Below, piece after piece: positions 25,303 through 35,732 of a stretch of DNA of 42,849 nt. The notes under the pieces are model-generated. The model searched no databases. It saw nothing but the letters and a program-made list of their open reading frames with translations, and was not told where the DNA came from. The position numbers and the translations under genes are program-made. How positions within the stretch are numbered: the first letter of the stretch is position 1; every line of letters begins with the position of its first letter. The stretch is from Promethearchaeota archaeon. Its GTDB lineage: Archaea > Asgardarchaeota > Lokiarchaeia > Sigyniarchaeales > SOKP01. The stretch lies in assembly GCA_048938005.1 (NCBI GenBank), contig JBHLMQ010000025.1:1-42849 (forward strand), in the 5' to 3' direction.

Positions 25303-27684
25303 ATGCATATTAATTCATTATTAGACAAAACTACAAATTTTAAGAGACTATTGAAATCAATAAATCTTAAATGGAAGACTTTAAAGAAAATTTTATGTTT
25401 TCTCATCATTTTTATCAATATTCATATTATTTTTGATAAATTGATAAATATCTCATATGTAAAATCATCAAAAATCGATAATTATCTTATAATTAGTAAT
25501 TCAAATAGTAATGCTACTCGATTTGAGGATTTAACTTATGATTCTGAAGTAATATGGGGAAATAACATTACATTTTCACTAAACTTTACCTATACAGAAG
25601 ATAATGGCACGACATGGAACCCAGTACTAGATCCTAACGCCTACTGTAATATAACTATCAGTGACCTTGTATTTATTAAAATTTTCATAAAAACAAATAT
25701 GACTTTTTTAGGTAATGGTATCTTTTTCAAAGCATTCAATTCAAGCAAATTGTCCGCGGGAGGAGATAAACAATTTTATAGAGTTACAATAGAAGGCTCT
25801 TGCCCTGGATATCCTGGTCCGATTTCAGAAATCATGTTAATTAGAATAAATGCAATTCCTACTAAAATTAGTGCTCATAATTATTCTACACTTGATGAAT
25901 TGTCAGATAAGACATACACAGCGTATTATAACGAGCTTATTAATATTACTATTAAATATTGTATTAATGAATCTGGAACTCCTTTGAATAAAGCACATTT
26001 AACTTATCAATGGTTAAGCCTCGCTCCAATTGATATTTTTGTGGATCCAGTAAATAAAGAATTTTATACATTCACAATTAATACTTCAGATGCACAGAAT
26101 ACAGGTCTTTATATTATTGACATCACAGCTACTTATGAAAACTATACTACGCAATCAAATTTCTTAATTTTTCTTAATATATTTGAAAGAAAAACGACCT
26201 TAAATAATCAGATTGCAGACTTTGTATATATTAGTACGAAAATTTTGGTTCAAGATCATAAAGATTTTATTTTTACATATAGAGATAATTCTACAAATGA
26301 AATCCTTAGTGATTTAAGTACAGCTAATTACGTTTGGGAAGAATTATATGAAAATGGTACGAAAGTTCCTGGTAGTTTTGGTTCTGGAAATTTAACTCAA
26401 AACATCAACAAAACATATACTTTAGATTTTAACACAGAGCTTAGACCAGTCGGTTATTATTTCTTATATGTTAACTTAAAAAAAGATAACTATATTCAAA
26501 AAAATGCCTTTATTAACCTAGAAATCATACCCAGACCTACATTAATTAACGGAACAACATTGACATTGGCTATTACTAAAGATATTGAATTTATGACAGC
26601 TCATAATTTCACATTTGAAATTAATAATACTTTAACATATAGTAGAATTGGAGATTTGGATCACGCTTTCTATTATTGGTATAGAACAGATAGTAATGCG
26701 ACGATTCTTGAGGGACCGAGTGAAAATATTGATTTAATTAAGGATATAAATGATTTATATATCCTAGATTTCAATACCAACCTGAAGAGTATTGGATTCT
26801 ATAGAATTCATGTTGAATTCCATAAAGAAAATTATACCTCAAGATATGCAGTTATAAATTTAGAAATAAAGCCTAGAACTACATTAATTAACGGATCAAC
26901 ATTAAACTTAACTATTTCTAAAAATATTGAATTTAGGACAGCTCATAATTTCACATTTGAAATTAATAATACTTTAACGCATAGTAGAATTGGAGATTTG
27001 GATCACGCCTTTTATTATTGGTACGGAATAGATAGTAATGGACTGATTTTTGAGGGACCGAGTGAAAATATTGATTTAATTAAGGATCTAAATGATTTAT
27101 ATATCTTAGACTTTAACACCAACCTGAAGGGTATTGGATTCTATAGAATTCATGTTGAATTCCATAAAGAAAATTATACCTCAAGATATGCAGTTATAAA
27201 TTTAGAAATAAAGCCTAGAACTACATTAATTAACGGATCAACATTAAACTTAACTATTTCTAAAAATATTGAATTTAGGACAGCTCATAATTTCACATTT
27301 GAAATTAATAATACTTTAACGCATAGTAGAATTGGAGATTTGGATCACGCCTTTTATTATTGGTACGGAATAGATAGTAATGGACTGATTTTTGAGGGAC
27401 CGAGTGAAAATATTGATTTAATTAAGGATCTAAATGATTTATATATCTTAGACTTTAACACCAACCTGAAGGGTATTGGATTCTATAGAATTCATGTTGA
27501 ATTCCATAAAGAAAATTATACCTCAAGATATGCAATTATATATTTGTTAATTTATCCCCCATCTGAAAATCCATCTTTAAAAATTTTTGGATACAATTTA
27601 ACGATCCTATTTGGAGCAATAAGCATTATAACTTTAGCGATAAAAAAGAAAATATTTGACCAAGGGTTAAAAAAAGAAAGATAG
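25303..27684 (+). CDS. Cell-surface glycoprotein with tandem beta-sandwich repeats and a Loki-CTERM-like anchor
   Basis: N-terminal basic plus hydrophobic segment, many N-x-S/T sequons, 114-aa repeats, and C-terminal IFGYN-hydrophobic helix-KKK. Confidence 0.85.
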   Translation: MHINSLLDKTTNFKRLLKSINLKWKTLKKILCFLIIFINIHIIFDKLINISYVKSSKIDNYLIISNSNSNATRFEDLTYDSEVIWGNNITFSLNFTYTEDNGTTWNPVLDPNAYCNITISDLVFIKIFIKTNMTFLGNGIFFKAFNSSKLSAGGDKQFYRVTIEGSCPGYPGPISEIMLIRINAIPTKISAHNYSTLDELSDKTYTAYYNELINITIKYCINESGTPLNKAHLTYQWLSLAPIDIFVDPVNKEFYTFTINTSDAQNTGLYIIDITATYENYTTQSNFLIFLNIFERKTTLNNQIADFVYISTKILVQDHKDFIFTYRDNSTNEILSDLSTANYVWEELYENGTKVPGSFGSGNLTQNINKTYTLDFNTELRPVGYYFLYVNLKKDNYIQKNAFINLEIIPRPTLINGTTLTLAITKDIEFMTAHNFTFEINNTLTYSRIGDLDHAFYYWYRTDSNATILEGPSENIDLIKDINDLYILDFNTNLKSIGFYRIHVEFHKENYTSRYAVINLEIKPRTTLINGSTLNLTISKNIEFRTAHNFTFEINNTLTHSRIGDLDHAFYYWYGIDSNGLIFEGPSENIDLIKDLNDLYILDFNTNLKGIGFYRIHVEFHKENYTSRYAVINLEIKPRTTLINGSTLNLTISKNIEFRTAHNFTFEINNTLTHSRIGDLDHAFYYWYGIDSNGLIFEGPSENIDLIKDLNDLYILDFNTNLKGIGFYRIHVEFHKENYTSRYAIIYLLIYPPSENPSLKIFGYNLTILFGAISIITLAIKKKIFDQGLKKER
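26519..27544 (+). repeat. Intragenic tandem repeat, 3 x 342 bp
   Basis: The anchor ATTGGATTCTATAGAATTC occurs at 26791, 27133 and 27475. About 26789-27534 is perfectly periodic by eye, and the first copy is diverged. Confidence 0.95.
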
Positions 27685-27691
27685 ACAATTT

Positions 27692-28792
27692 TCAATACTT
27701 TCTTTCATGATATTTATAATAAATACTGCAAGTTCCTTCCATAGAGACCATACAGGGTCCAACGGGATTAATAGGAGTGCATTCTTTTCTAAATAATTTG
27801 CATTCATAAGGATAGAGTTTTCCTACCATGACAAGATGACATGAACATCCTGGGGGAATATCTTGAGATTTTTCAATTTTGATATCAAATTTTTTATCAG
27901 CATCAAATTCTTGATATTTCTCTTTAATGACTAATCCTCCATCATAGACTCTTCCAATCCCTCTCCATGGAGATGAAACAGGCTGAAAAACATCTTCTAT
28001 AACTCTTTGGGCGATAATATTTCCTTCAGGTTTTACCACTCTAGAGTATTCATTTAAAGTATCATATCTTTTATCTCTTACTTGTTTCAAAAGCATTAAA
28101 ATTGAGAGTAATACATCGTTAGGTTCAAACCCTGAAATCACATTAGGTATTTTATATCCTTGTGAGAAAATTTCATACGGTTTTAAGCCAATAATCGTAG
28201 AAACATGACCGGGAGATATAAAACCATCTATTCTTAATTGAGATTGGCTCATTAGAAGTTCTAAAGCAGCTGGTATTAATTTGTGAGCACAGATTACTGA
28301 AAAATTTGGAGGAGGATTAGATTGTATTTCATGTCCAACAAGGGGAACTGTCGTCTCAAATCCTATTGCAAAAAATATTACTTCTTTATCTGGATTTTCT
28401 TTAGCGATCTTAATTGCATCATTTGGTCCATATACTATGCGAATGTCAGCACCTTTAGCTTTAAGTTCAGCTAATGAAATATTTGTGGCAGGAACTCGGA
28501 TCATATCCCCAAAAGTCGTAATTATCATTTCTTTCCGTTTTCCTAACGCAACTGCTTTATCAATATCAGCAGCAGGACATATGCATACTGGACATCCTGG
28601 ACCTGAAAGTACTTCAATATCTTTAGGTAAGAGAGTTCTTAATCCATACTTAGAAATAGTATGCTCATGGGTTCCACAAACATGCATAAATTTAACTGGT
28701 TTGGCTATTTCTTTAATAGTCTTACTGATTGCTTGTATAAGTCTGTCTGTAAATTCTTTACTCCTTAGAATACTTATTCCTGGAATATCCAT
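27692..28792 (-). CDS. hypD: Hydrogenase maturation protein HypD
   Basis: MHVCGTHE, GPGCPVC, GFETT, PGHVS, GPCMVS.EG.C. Confidence 0.97.
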   Translation of the reverse strand: MDIPGISILRSKEFTDRLIQAISKTIKEIAKPVKFMHVCGTHEHTISKYGLRTLLPKDIEVLSGPGCPVCICPAADIDKAVALGKRKEMIITTFGDMIRVPATNISLAELKAKGADIRIVYGPNDAIKIAKENPDKEVIFFAIGFETTVPLVGHEIQSNPPPNFSVICAHKLIPAALELLMSQSQLRIDGFISPGHVSTIIGLKPYEIFSQGYKIPNVISGFEPNDVLLSILMLLKQVRDKRYDTLNEYSRVVKPEGNIIAQRVIEDVFQPVSSPWRGIGRVYDGGLVIKEKYQEFDADKKFDIKIEKSQDIPPGCSCHLVMVGKLYPYECKLFRKECTPINPVGPCMVSMEGTCSIYYKYHERKY

Positions 28793-28816
28793 TTGATTTT
28801 TATTCCTCTATTACTA

Positions 28817-29869
28817 TTAGCAAATTCTGGGTATTGGCTCTCCTAGTGGCATATCTATAAATCGAGTGCCACCTACAACAGTTTTCAAAAAAACTCTTTT
28901 AGGATTGTCAGCTTTTACTTCACCAATTATTTCAGCATCCTTTCCAACTTCAGTTAATTTAATCTTTTTTAAGACATTTTTTGAGTGTGCGGAATCAACC
29001 GCTAAGAGAGCTCTCCCTTCACAAGCTATATTATAAGGATCTAATCCTAACATATCACATATAGCAATAACTTGTTTTTTAATAGGGACTTTTTCCTCTT
29101 CAACCCAGATACTAACATTTGATTTTGAAGCCCAATCATTCAAAGCGGCTGCAATGCCTCCGCGTGTAGGATCTTTCATTGCATGGATATAATTACTACT
29201 AATTTCAAGTTTAATTTTATTATAAATATCTAATAAAAGTGAAATATCTGATTCCAAGTCAGTGGAGATATTTAATCCCTCGCGAGAAGCCAATAGTGCT
29301 GTACCATGATCTCCAATGCTTCCAGTTAATATAATCTTATCTCCAATTTTTATGTTACTGTCTAAGACTTTTATATTTTTATCTTTAATACCAATACCTG
29401 TTGTTGCGATAATTATTTCATTTAAGGTTCCTCTGGGCATGATTTTAGTATCTCCTGCAATTATGGCAATATTGGCCTTTTTTGTCAATGAATTCATTGA
29501 ATTAATAATTTTATTTAACTGTTTAAATTCAAAACCTTCTTCAATTATTATCATTGATGTTAAGGCTAACGGTTCCGCGCCCATCATTATAAGGTCGTTA
29601 ACCGTCCCACAAACACTTAAAGTTCCCAAATTACCTCCCGGAAAAAACAGAGGATAAATAGTATGTCCATCTGCAGTTATAACGATTTCTTTGTTATATC
29701 CTTTTAATGGAATTGTAGCTCCATCGTCTAATTCCTCAACGCCAATACCATTATTAACATTTTTAAAGGGAATATTTTTTGTAATAAAATCTATGAGTTC
29801 TTCTTGTAAAACTCCACCAGCTCCATGAGCCAAACGGACCACATTTGAACTCTCTTTTTTTTCACTCAT
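28817..29869 (-). CDS. hypE: Hydrogenase maturation carbamoyl dehydratase HypE
   Basis: LAHGAGG, PLFFPGG, GTVND, GDTK, KDPTRGG, C-terminal PRIC. ATG at 29869 is preferred over TTG at 29878. Confidence 0.97.
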   Translation of the reverse strand: MSEKKESSNVVRLAHGAGGVLQEELIDFITKNIPFKNVNNGIGVEELDDGATIPLKGYNKEIVITADGHTIYPLFFPGGNLGTLSVCGTVNDLIMMGAEPLALTSMIIIEEGFEFKQLNKIINSMNSLTKKANIAIIAGDTKIMPRGTLNEIIIATTGIGIKDKNIKVLDSNIKIGDKIILTGSIGDHGTALLASREGLNISTDLESDISLLLDIYNKIKLEISSNYIHAMKDPTRGGIAAALNDWASKSNVSIWVEEEKVPIKKQVIAICDMLGLDPYNIACEGRALLAVDSAHSKNVLKKIKLTEVGKDAEIIGEVKADNPKRVFLKTVVGGTRFIDMPLGEPIPRIC

Positions 29870-29978
29870 AATTGTCAATTAGAAACAAAAATTATAAGAA
29901 TTTAGGTTATAAAAGAAAATTTCATAAACTTAAATATAAGACAAAAATAAAATCTAATTAAATATTGAGATTATTGTT

Positions 29979-30311
29979 ATGAGTCTGTCTAAAAGTAGCT
30001 TAGAGAAAGAAAAAAAAACAATAAAAACTATGATTAGGATGTATTGTAAAAAGCGACACGATCCTGAGAAACAATTTTGCGATGATTGTTTAGAACTTCT
30101 TGAATACGCGAGTAAAAGACTGGAATATTGCCAATATGGTGATAATAAACCCACATGCGAGAAATGCCCTATTCATTGTTATAAGCCGGAAATGAGAGAA
30201 AAAGTTAGAAAAGTTATGCGATACTCTGGTCCTAAAATGATATATACTCATCCAATTATGGGATTTCGACATCTTTTTAAAAAATTAAGAAAATTTGATA
30301 ATCATAATTGA
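29979..30311 (+). CDS. YgbA-like ('nitrous oxide-stimulated promoter' family) Cys-rich protein
   Basis: E..TI..MI..YC...H...C..C..L..YA..RL..C....KP.C..CP.HCYKP..R...R.VMRYSGP.M...HP. Confidence 0.88.
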   Translation: MSLSKSSLEKEKKTIKTMIRMYCKKRHDPEKQFCDDCLELLEYASKRLEYCQYGDNKPTCEKCPIHCYKPEMREKVRKVMRYSGPKMIYTHPIMGFRHLFKKLRKFDNHN

Positions 30312-30335
30312 AAAAAATTAAATAAAACCAATTTA

Positions 30336-31736
30336 CTATGCCTCATTCATATGATCAAGAAATTTATGTTTTAAGATACTATCCGCGAGGGTAAATCTAT
30401 TAAATAAGCCTGCTGGATCTTTAATAGCATTAATAATTTCTTCAGGATTAAGATCTACACATAAAGATCCTAAACTACTTATGAATTTTGGACCTTGATC
30501 TTTGATTCCCACAGGTGGACCATAACATCCTAAACACGGAGCATTTGCTTTATTTGGACAAATAGTTCCGCAACCAGCATGAGTAACGAGGCCAAGACAG
30601 ATATATCCTTGTTCTAAAAAGCATTTATCACTAGAAGGTAATCCTTCATAATCTCTTTTTAAACTCGTGGGGACTTTATCAACTATCACCCTATCACAAT
30701 GACTGCAAACAGTTTTTGTACTAAATTTAAAAATTGGGCTGTTTTTTAAATGAAATAATATTGCACCAACAATTTCATCATTTTCAAGAATTCCTGAGGG
30801 ATTGACATTTAACATTGATAATAAACCATTTTTGGTTTCTTTTTCTATTTGGGTAAAACTTTCTGGCTCATAAGCAAGTCGTTGTAATAAATCTTTACGA
30901 AAATAAAAATTTGTAAGATTAGATAACCCTAAGTAAGATATCAAAAAATGTTGTAAAACTCTTGCTGATTCATCATTTAATTCATCTAAATCTATGATTA
31001 ATTTTTGTAAGTTTGAAGCTTTTTCACTCGGATTAAGTGTATATTCGAAACACCCATAACAAGTATTTGAACTATGTGGACACATTAACTCACAACCAGA
31101 TGCAGTTATAGGTCCAAAACATAATCTACCTTTATCCAAAAAACAACCATCAGAAAAAAGATTACAGTTATCACATACAGTTCTTGCTCTATTACGATTT
31201 TTAGATCCATTCTTTAATCGAGTTATCAGGTATAATAACATAGCTATGATATTTTCTGTTTTGGGTGGGCATCCAGGGATAAACAAATCTACATGGATCA
31301 AATCTTTAACATTATAAATGAAATCCTCAATTTTTGGTAAGTTTAGCTTTGGTTCCTCTGAGTCCATTTCTACAATAGATTCAATTTCTTTGAATTTTCT
31401 TTCTACTAATTCATCCTTCTTATATAAATTAGCTAAACCCGCTATACTTCCATAACACGAACACGCACCAAATGCAACAATAATATCACATATTTGTCTT
31501 ATTAATTTAACTTTTAGAGTATCTTCTTCTGTTCTGACAACTCCTTCAATGAACCCTACCTTTATTGATCCTTCATATTTTTCTATTAAGTGATCATTAT
31601 TAACATCGAAAATAGTTGGCCAATAGACAATTTCTAATTCTGAAAGAAAAGGAAGCAGTTCAAAATGCGCATTTAATAGACTCTGATGACACCCCCAACA
31701 AGAACTTAGTTGCATAAAAACTACTGGCAGTGACAT
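30336..31736 (-). CDS. mvhG: F420-non-reducing [NiFe]-hydrogenase small subunit-like protein with a duplicated distal Fe-S domain
   Basis: SCWGC, EG..R, AFGAC.CYG, IPGCPP, then two copies of TVC..C...CFL..G..C.G..T..GC...CP.....C.GC. Confidence 0.85.
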   Translation of the reverse strand: MSLPVVFMQLSSCWGCHQSLLNAHFELLPFLSELEIVYWPTIFDVNNDHLIEKYEGSIKVGFIEGVVRTEEDTLKVKLIRQICDIIVAFGACSCYGSIAGLANLYKKDELVERKFKEIESIVEMDSEEPKLNLPKIEDFIYNVKDLIHVDLFIPGCPPKTENIIAMLLYLITRLKNGSKNRNRARTVCDNCNLFSDGCFLDKGRLCFGPITASGCELMCPHSSNTCYGCFEYTLNPSEKASNLQKLIIDLDELNDESARVLQHFLISYLGLSNLTNFYFRKDLLQRLAYEPESFTQIEKETKNGLLSMLNVNPSGILENDEIVGAILFHLKNSPIFKFSTKTVCSHCDRVIVDKVPTSLKRDYEGLPSSDKCFLEQGYICLGLVTHAGCGTICPNKANAPCLGCYGPPVGIKDQGPKFISSLGSLCVDLNPEEIINAIKDPAGLFNRFTLADSILKHKFLDHMNEA

Positions 31737-31888
31737 TTTATTTAATCTTAAACAGCTTTATTATTTTAAAATTGTATGATAAAGAAATGGTTTTAAGTTA
31801 TTTAAGAATGCTGTTTATAAAACTTAAAAAATTTCTTGCTAAAAATTTAAATTGTCATAAATTTATTAATGGGGTTTACTTATAAATA

Positions 31889-31936
31889 AGTTTAAAATTG
31901 AAATTCTGTAAAGCAAGTTGTCGCAAATTGAAACTT
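31889..31936. promoter_or_regulatory. Candidate operator: two AAATTGAAA(C/T)T sites 30 bp apart
   Basis: AGTTTAAAATTGAAATT (31889-31905) and AAGTTGTCGCAAATTGAAACTT (31915-31936). A related palindrome lies at 37663-37688. Confidence 0.35.
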
Positions 31937-31983
31937 TTTAGTAAAAAATAGTTGAGGTTTCCTAATTCTATTAAATGTAAAGG

Positions 31984-31996
31984 GAAAACTTATATA
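31984..31996 (+). promoter_or_regulatory. BRE/TATA promoter candidate for the hdrCBA-2 operon
   Basis: GAAAAC-TTATATA matches the archaeal BRE-TATA arrangement, about 130 bp upstream of hdrC. Confidence 0.5.
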
Positions 31997-32123
31997 TTAT
32001 TTATATGTTTATTCTCCTAAGGTTTAGTAACTTTTTAGCTATTTTAATCATCTATAAAAAAAAGTTTAGATTGAATCGATTAAAATAGCTTTCTTATAAA
32101 GGTTAGAAAAGGAATGATAGAAA

Positions 32124-32756
32124 ATGTTAGATTATGAACCAGATATTATAACTAACTGTTCAAATTCATTAGTAGATTCTTTAAAGGAAGCAGGTTATGC
32201 TGAAGTTGATGCTTGTATTCAATGTGGAACATGCTCTGGAGGTTGTCCCTCTGGAGAAAGAACCGCTTTGAGAGTAAGGACAATTATAAGGAAAATTCAA
32301 TTAGGAATTGAAGATGTCCTTTCAGAGAATGATATTTGGTATTGTTCAACATGTTATACCTGTCTTGAAAGATGCCCTCGTAAATTGCCTATTACTGATA
32401 TGATAATATTTTTACGGAATTTGGCTGTTCAAAAAGGATTCATGCTAGAGAAACACCTAGATTTATGCAAAAAATTTTGTTTTACTGGACATGGAGTTCC
32501 AATCGATGATAAAAAATGGAAAATGTTACGCGAATTCTATGGACTGAAGAAAGTTCCTCCTACTGTTCATTCTCATGAAAAAGATCTAAATGAGGTAAAA
32601 AATCTTCTAATAAGTTCAAAATTCAATGAGCTAATTAATATTGACTCTGAGGAGTTAGGAGTTAAAAAGAAAGCTAAGGTTTCTCTAGTTGAGGAAACGC
32701 TTGAGAAATATATTACTGAAGAAGAAAAGTTAAAGATCTCAAAAATTAAAGAATAA
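32124..32756 (+). CDS. hdrC: Heterodisulfide reductase subunit C (copy 2)
   Basis: CIQCGTCSGGCP, CSTCYTCLERCP, TGHGVP...PPTVH. Confidence 0.95.
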   Translation: MLDYEPDIITNCSNSLVDSLKEAGYAEVDACIQCGTCSGGCPSGERTALRVRTIIRKIQLGIEDVLSENDIWYCSTCYTCLERCPRKLPITDMIIFLRNLAVQKGFMLEKHLDLCKKFCFTGHGVPIDDKKWKMLREFYGLKKVPPTVHSHEKDLNEVKNLLISSKFNELINIDSEELGVKKKAKVSLVEETLEKYITEEEKLKISKIKE

Positions 32757-32809
32757 TAAAATTAACTCACTTTTAATAACTAAAAATAAAATTAACAGTT
32801 TAACTAAAA

Positions 32810-33766
32810 ATGGTGCAAAATAAAAAATATTCTTTGTTTCTTGGATGTGTGATTCCGAACAGATATCCCTTTATCGAGGCAGCCACCAAAAAGGTATTTC
32901 AAAAATTAGGTATAGATCTGGTCGAAATGGAAGGAGCTTCCTGTTGTCCAGCTCCTGGTGTATTTCGCGGTTTTGATATTGATACTTGGTTAATCATAGC
33001 AGCTAGAAATTTGACAATCGCAGAAGATAATAATTATGATATAGCGACAATGTGCAATGGATGTTATGGAAGCCTTCTTGATGCTGATCATCAACTAAAA
33101 TCTGATTTAGAAAAGAAAAATATGGTTAATTATCACCTGAATAAAGTAAATCGATCTTATAAAGGAAATATTAAAGTCAAACATATTGTAGAAGTGTTAT
33201 ATAAGGATATAGGTTTAGAAAAATTAAGAAATCGTATAAAATATGGACGAAAGAATAAATTAGACCTTAAAGTGGCGGTCCATTATGGATGTCATCTTAT
33301 AAAGCCATCTGAAATAAGACCCTGGGGTAATAATTGTGAGACTCCTCACTTTTTAGATGAGTTGGTTGATGTAACTGGTTGTAAAAGTATAGATTATCTA
33401 GATAAATACAGATGTTGTGGTGCAGCAGGAGCAGTAAGAAGTGCTTTTAAAGAAATTTCTTTGGATTTTACAAGAGAGAAACTTGTTAATATGAGAGCTG
33501 CTGGTGCGGAAGCTATAATTACAGTGTGCCCTTTTTGTCAGCTTCAGTTTGACCTAGGACAAATAGAAATTAATAATATTTTTAAAGATAGAATTGAAGC
33601 TCCTTTTAATATTCCCGTAATATATTATACTCAATTATTAGGACTTGCGCTTGGTATGACTCCTGAAGAAGTTGGGTTAATAAAAGATAAAGAATTATCT
33701 GGTGTTCCACCATTTATTCCTATAGAACCTTTTTTAACTAAAATAGGTGAAAAAGTTGAAGGATAA
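32810..33766 (+). CDS. hdrB: Heterodisulfide reductase subunit B (copy 2)
   Basis: LFLGC..SCCPAPG..CNGC and HYGCH..CCGAAG..CPFC. Confidence 0.96.
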   Translation: MVQNKKYSLFLGCVIPNRYPFIEAATKKVFQKLGIDLVEMEGASCCPAPGVFRGFDIDTWLIIAARNLTIAEDNNYDIATMCNGCYGSLLDADHQLKSDLEKKNMVNYHLNKVNRSYKGNIKVKHIVEVLYKDIGLEKLRNRIKYGRKNKLDLKVAVHYGCHLIKPSEIRPWGNNCETPHFLDELVDVTGCKSIDYLDKYRCCGAAGAVRSAFKEISLDFTREKLVNMRAAGAEAIITVCPFCQLQFDLGQIEINNIFKDRIEAPFNIPVIYYTQLLGLALGMTPEEVGLIKDKELSGVPPFIPIEPFLTKIGEKVEG

Positions 33767-35732
33767 ACCTAAAATTGGCGTATTTGTTTGTCATTGCGGT
33801 AATAATATTGCTGGAGTTATAAATGTCGAAAATTTAACAGAATACGCGAAAACTCTTCCTAATGTAGTCGAAGCTTTTAATTATAAATTTATGTGCTCTG
33901 AAATTGGGCAAGATTTAATAAAAGAAAAGATTCGAAATGGTGAAATCAATAGAGTTGTAGTAGCCGCATGTTCACCACGAATGCATGAAACTACTTTTAG
34001 AAATGTTTGTCAAGAAGCAGGTTTGAACCCATATTTGTATGAAACAGCAAATATAAGAGAGCATTGTACGTGGGTTAATATTCAAGATAAAGATGGAGCA
34101 TATGAAATAGCAAAATCTCATGTTAGAATGGCTGTAGCAAAAGCTAACGAATTGGCGGCTTTAGAAAAATTCAGTGTTGATGTTGAACCAGCTTGTTTGA
34201 TTGTTGGTGCTGGAATTGCAGGAATGAATGCAGCTATAGATCTTTCCAATTTTGGGTATAAAGTTTATCTTGTAGAAAAAACGGCGACAATTGGTGGTCA
34301 CATGGCTCAACTAGACAAAACCTTCCCCACATTGGATTGTTCTTCTTGTGTAATAACTCCTAAAATGTCTGAAGTTTTAAAAGCTGAAAATATTGAATTA
34401 ATGACATACTCTGAAATCACAAATATTTCTGGTTATGTCGGAAATTTTGATGTTACAATTAAAAAAAAGCCACATTATATTGATCAAAAAATATGTACAG
34501 GATGTGGTACTTGTGCTCAAGAATGTATTGTTATTGCTGCTAATGAATTTGATTTAGGAATGCAAAAGAGAAAAGCAGTATATATTCCTTTCCCTCAAGC
34601 TGTTCCCGGAAAGTATACAATCGATATGGATCACTGTATTAGGTGTGGAGTGTGTGCCGAAGTTTGTCCAGTCGATGCTATTAGATACGACGACAAACCT
34701 GAATATGTAGATATTAAAGTTGGAACTATAATTTTATCTACTGGATATGATCTATATGATCCAACCATTTTAAGTCAATATGGATATGGAAGATATCCAA
34801 ATGTTATCACAGGGTTAGAAATGGAACGATTAATGAGTTCATTCGGTCCAACTGCGGGAAAAGTAAAAAGACCTTCAGATTTAAAAGAACCATCAACTAT
34901 TGTATTTCTTCAATGTGTGGGCAGTAGAGATTTTACTGAAAAAGGAAATAAATATTGTTCGAGGGTTTGTTGTATGTATTCAGCAAAACAAGCAAGACTC
35001 TTTAAAGAAAAACACCCAGATTCAAAAATCTTTATATTTTATATTGATATAAGAGCTTTTGGAAAAGGATATGAAGAATTTTATGACTCTACTGGCAGAG
35101 CATTTAATGTAAAGTTTATAAGAGGAAGAATTTCAGAAGTTATTGAAGATGCAGAACATAATATTATTGTTCGTGGTGAAGATACTCTTTTACAAAAATT
35201 AATTAGAATTAAAGCTGATTTATTTGTTTTAGCTGTCGGATTAGAACCACGAAAAGATACTCATGATTTAACGCGGTTATTTAATGTACAACGGTCGGAG
35301 GATGGTTTTTTAATGGAAGCTCATCCAAAATTACGCCCAGTTGAAACTTTAACTGATGGAATTTTTATTGCAGGGGCAATACAAGGTCCGAAAGATATTC
35401 CTGATGCAATAGCTCAGGCAAAAGCTGCAGCACTTCAATCAGCATTACTAATGGCAAAAAAGAAAGTTGAAATAGACCCGATTTTTTCAATTGTACAAAA
35501 TCATAAGTGTTCAGGCTGTAAAAGTTGTATTAGTGTATGTCCATTCAATGCTATAACTTTTAATGAATATCAAAAAGTTGCTGTTATAAATAAAATTCTT
35601 TGTAAAGGGTGTGGAACTTGTGTTGCTACTTGTCCTTCTTCAGCAATTATACAGAATCAATTTGGTAATGAACAGTTACTACCAATGATACATAATGCAA
35701 TTCAAAAACCTGAAAAAGTAAGAGGACTATAA
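33756..35732 (+). CDS. hdrA: Heterodisulfide reductase subunit A (copy 2)
   Basis: IGVFVCHCG, GAGIAG, DKTFPTLDCSSC, QCVGSR, YCSRVCC, ferredoxin motifs. TTG at 33756 follows AGGTGA; the alternative start is GTG at 33747. Confidence 0.97.
   Translation: MKDKPKIGVFVCHCGNNIAGVINVENLTEYAKTLPNVVEAFNYKFMCSEIGQDLIKEKIRNGEINRVVVAACSPRMHETTFRNVCQEAGLNPYLYETANIREHCTWVNIQDKDGAYEIAKSHVRMAVAKANELAALEKFSVDVEPACLIVGAGIAGMNAAIDLSNFGYKVYLVEKTATIGGHMAQLDKTFPTLDCSSCVITPKMSEVLKAENIELMTYSEITNISGYVGNFDVTIKKKPHYIDQKICTGCGTCAQECIVIAANEFDLGMQKRKAVYIPFPQAVPGKYTIDMDHCIRCGVCAEVCPVDAIRYDDKPEYVDIKVGTIILSTGYDLYDPTILSQYGYGRYPNVITGLEMERLMSSFGPTAGKVKRPSDLKEPSTIVFLQCVGSRDFTEKGNKYCSRVCCMYSAKQARLFKEKHPDSKIFIFYIDIRAFGKGYEEFYDSTGRAFNVKFIRGRISEVIEDAEHNIIVRGEDTLLQKLIRIKADLFVLAVGLEPRKDTHDLTRLFNVQRSEDGFLMEAHPKLRPVETLTDGIFIAGAIQGPKDIPDAIAQAKAAALQSALLMAKKKVEIDPIFSIVQNHKCSGCKSCISVCPFNAITFNEYQKVAVINKILCKGCGTCVATCPSSAIIQNQFGNEQLLPMIHNAIQKPEKVRGL

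Noticed and set aside
26519-27544. CRISPR array or diversity-generating retroelement template/variable repeat
   Set aside because: The units are in-frame 342-bp coding repeats without spacers, the differences are not confined to adenines, and there is no reverse transcriptase or cas gene in the window.
24184-27692. Mobile element carrying the PLC and surface-protein genes
   Set aside because: No transposase, integrase, terminal inverted repeats or target duplication was seen.
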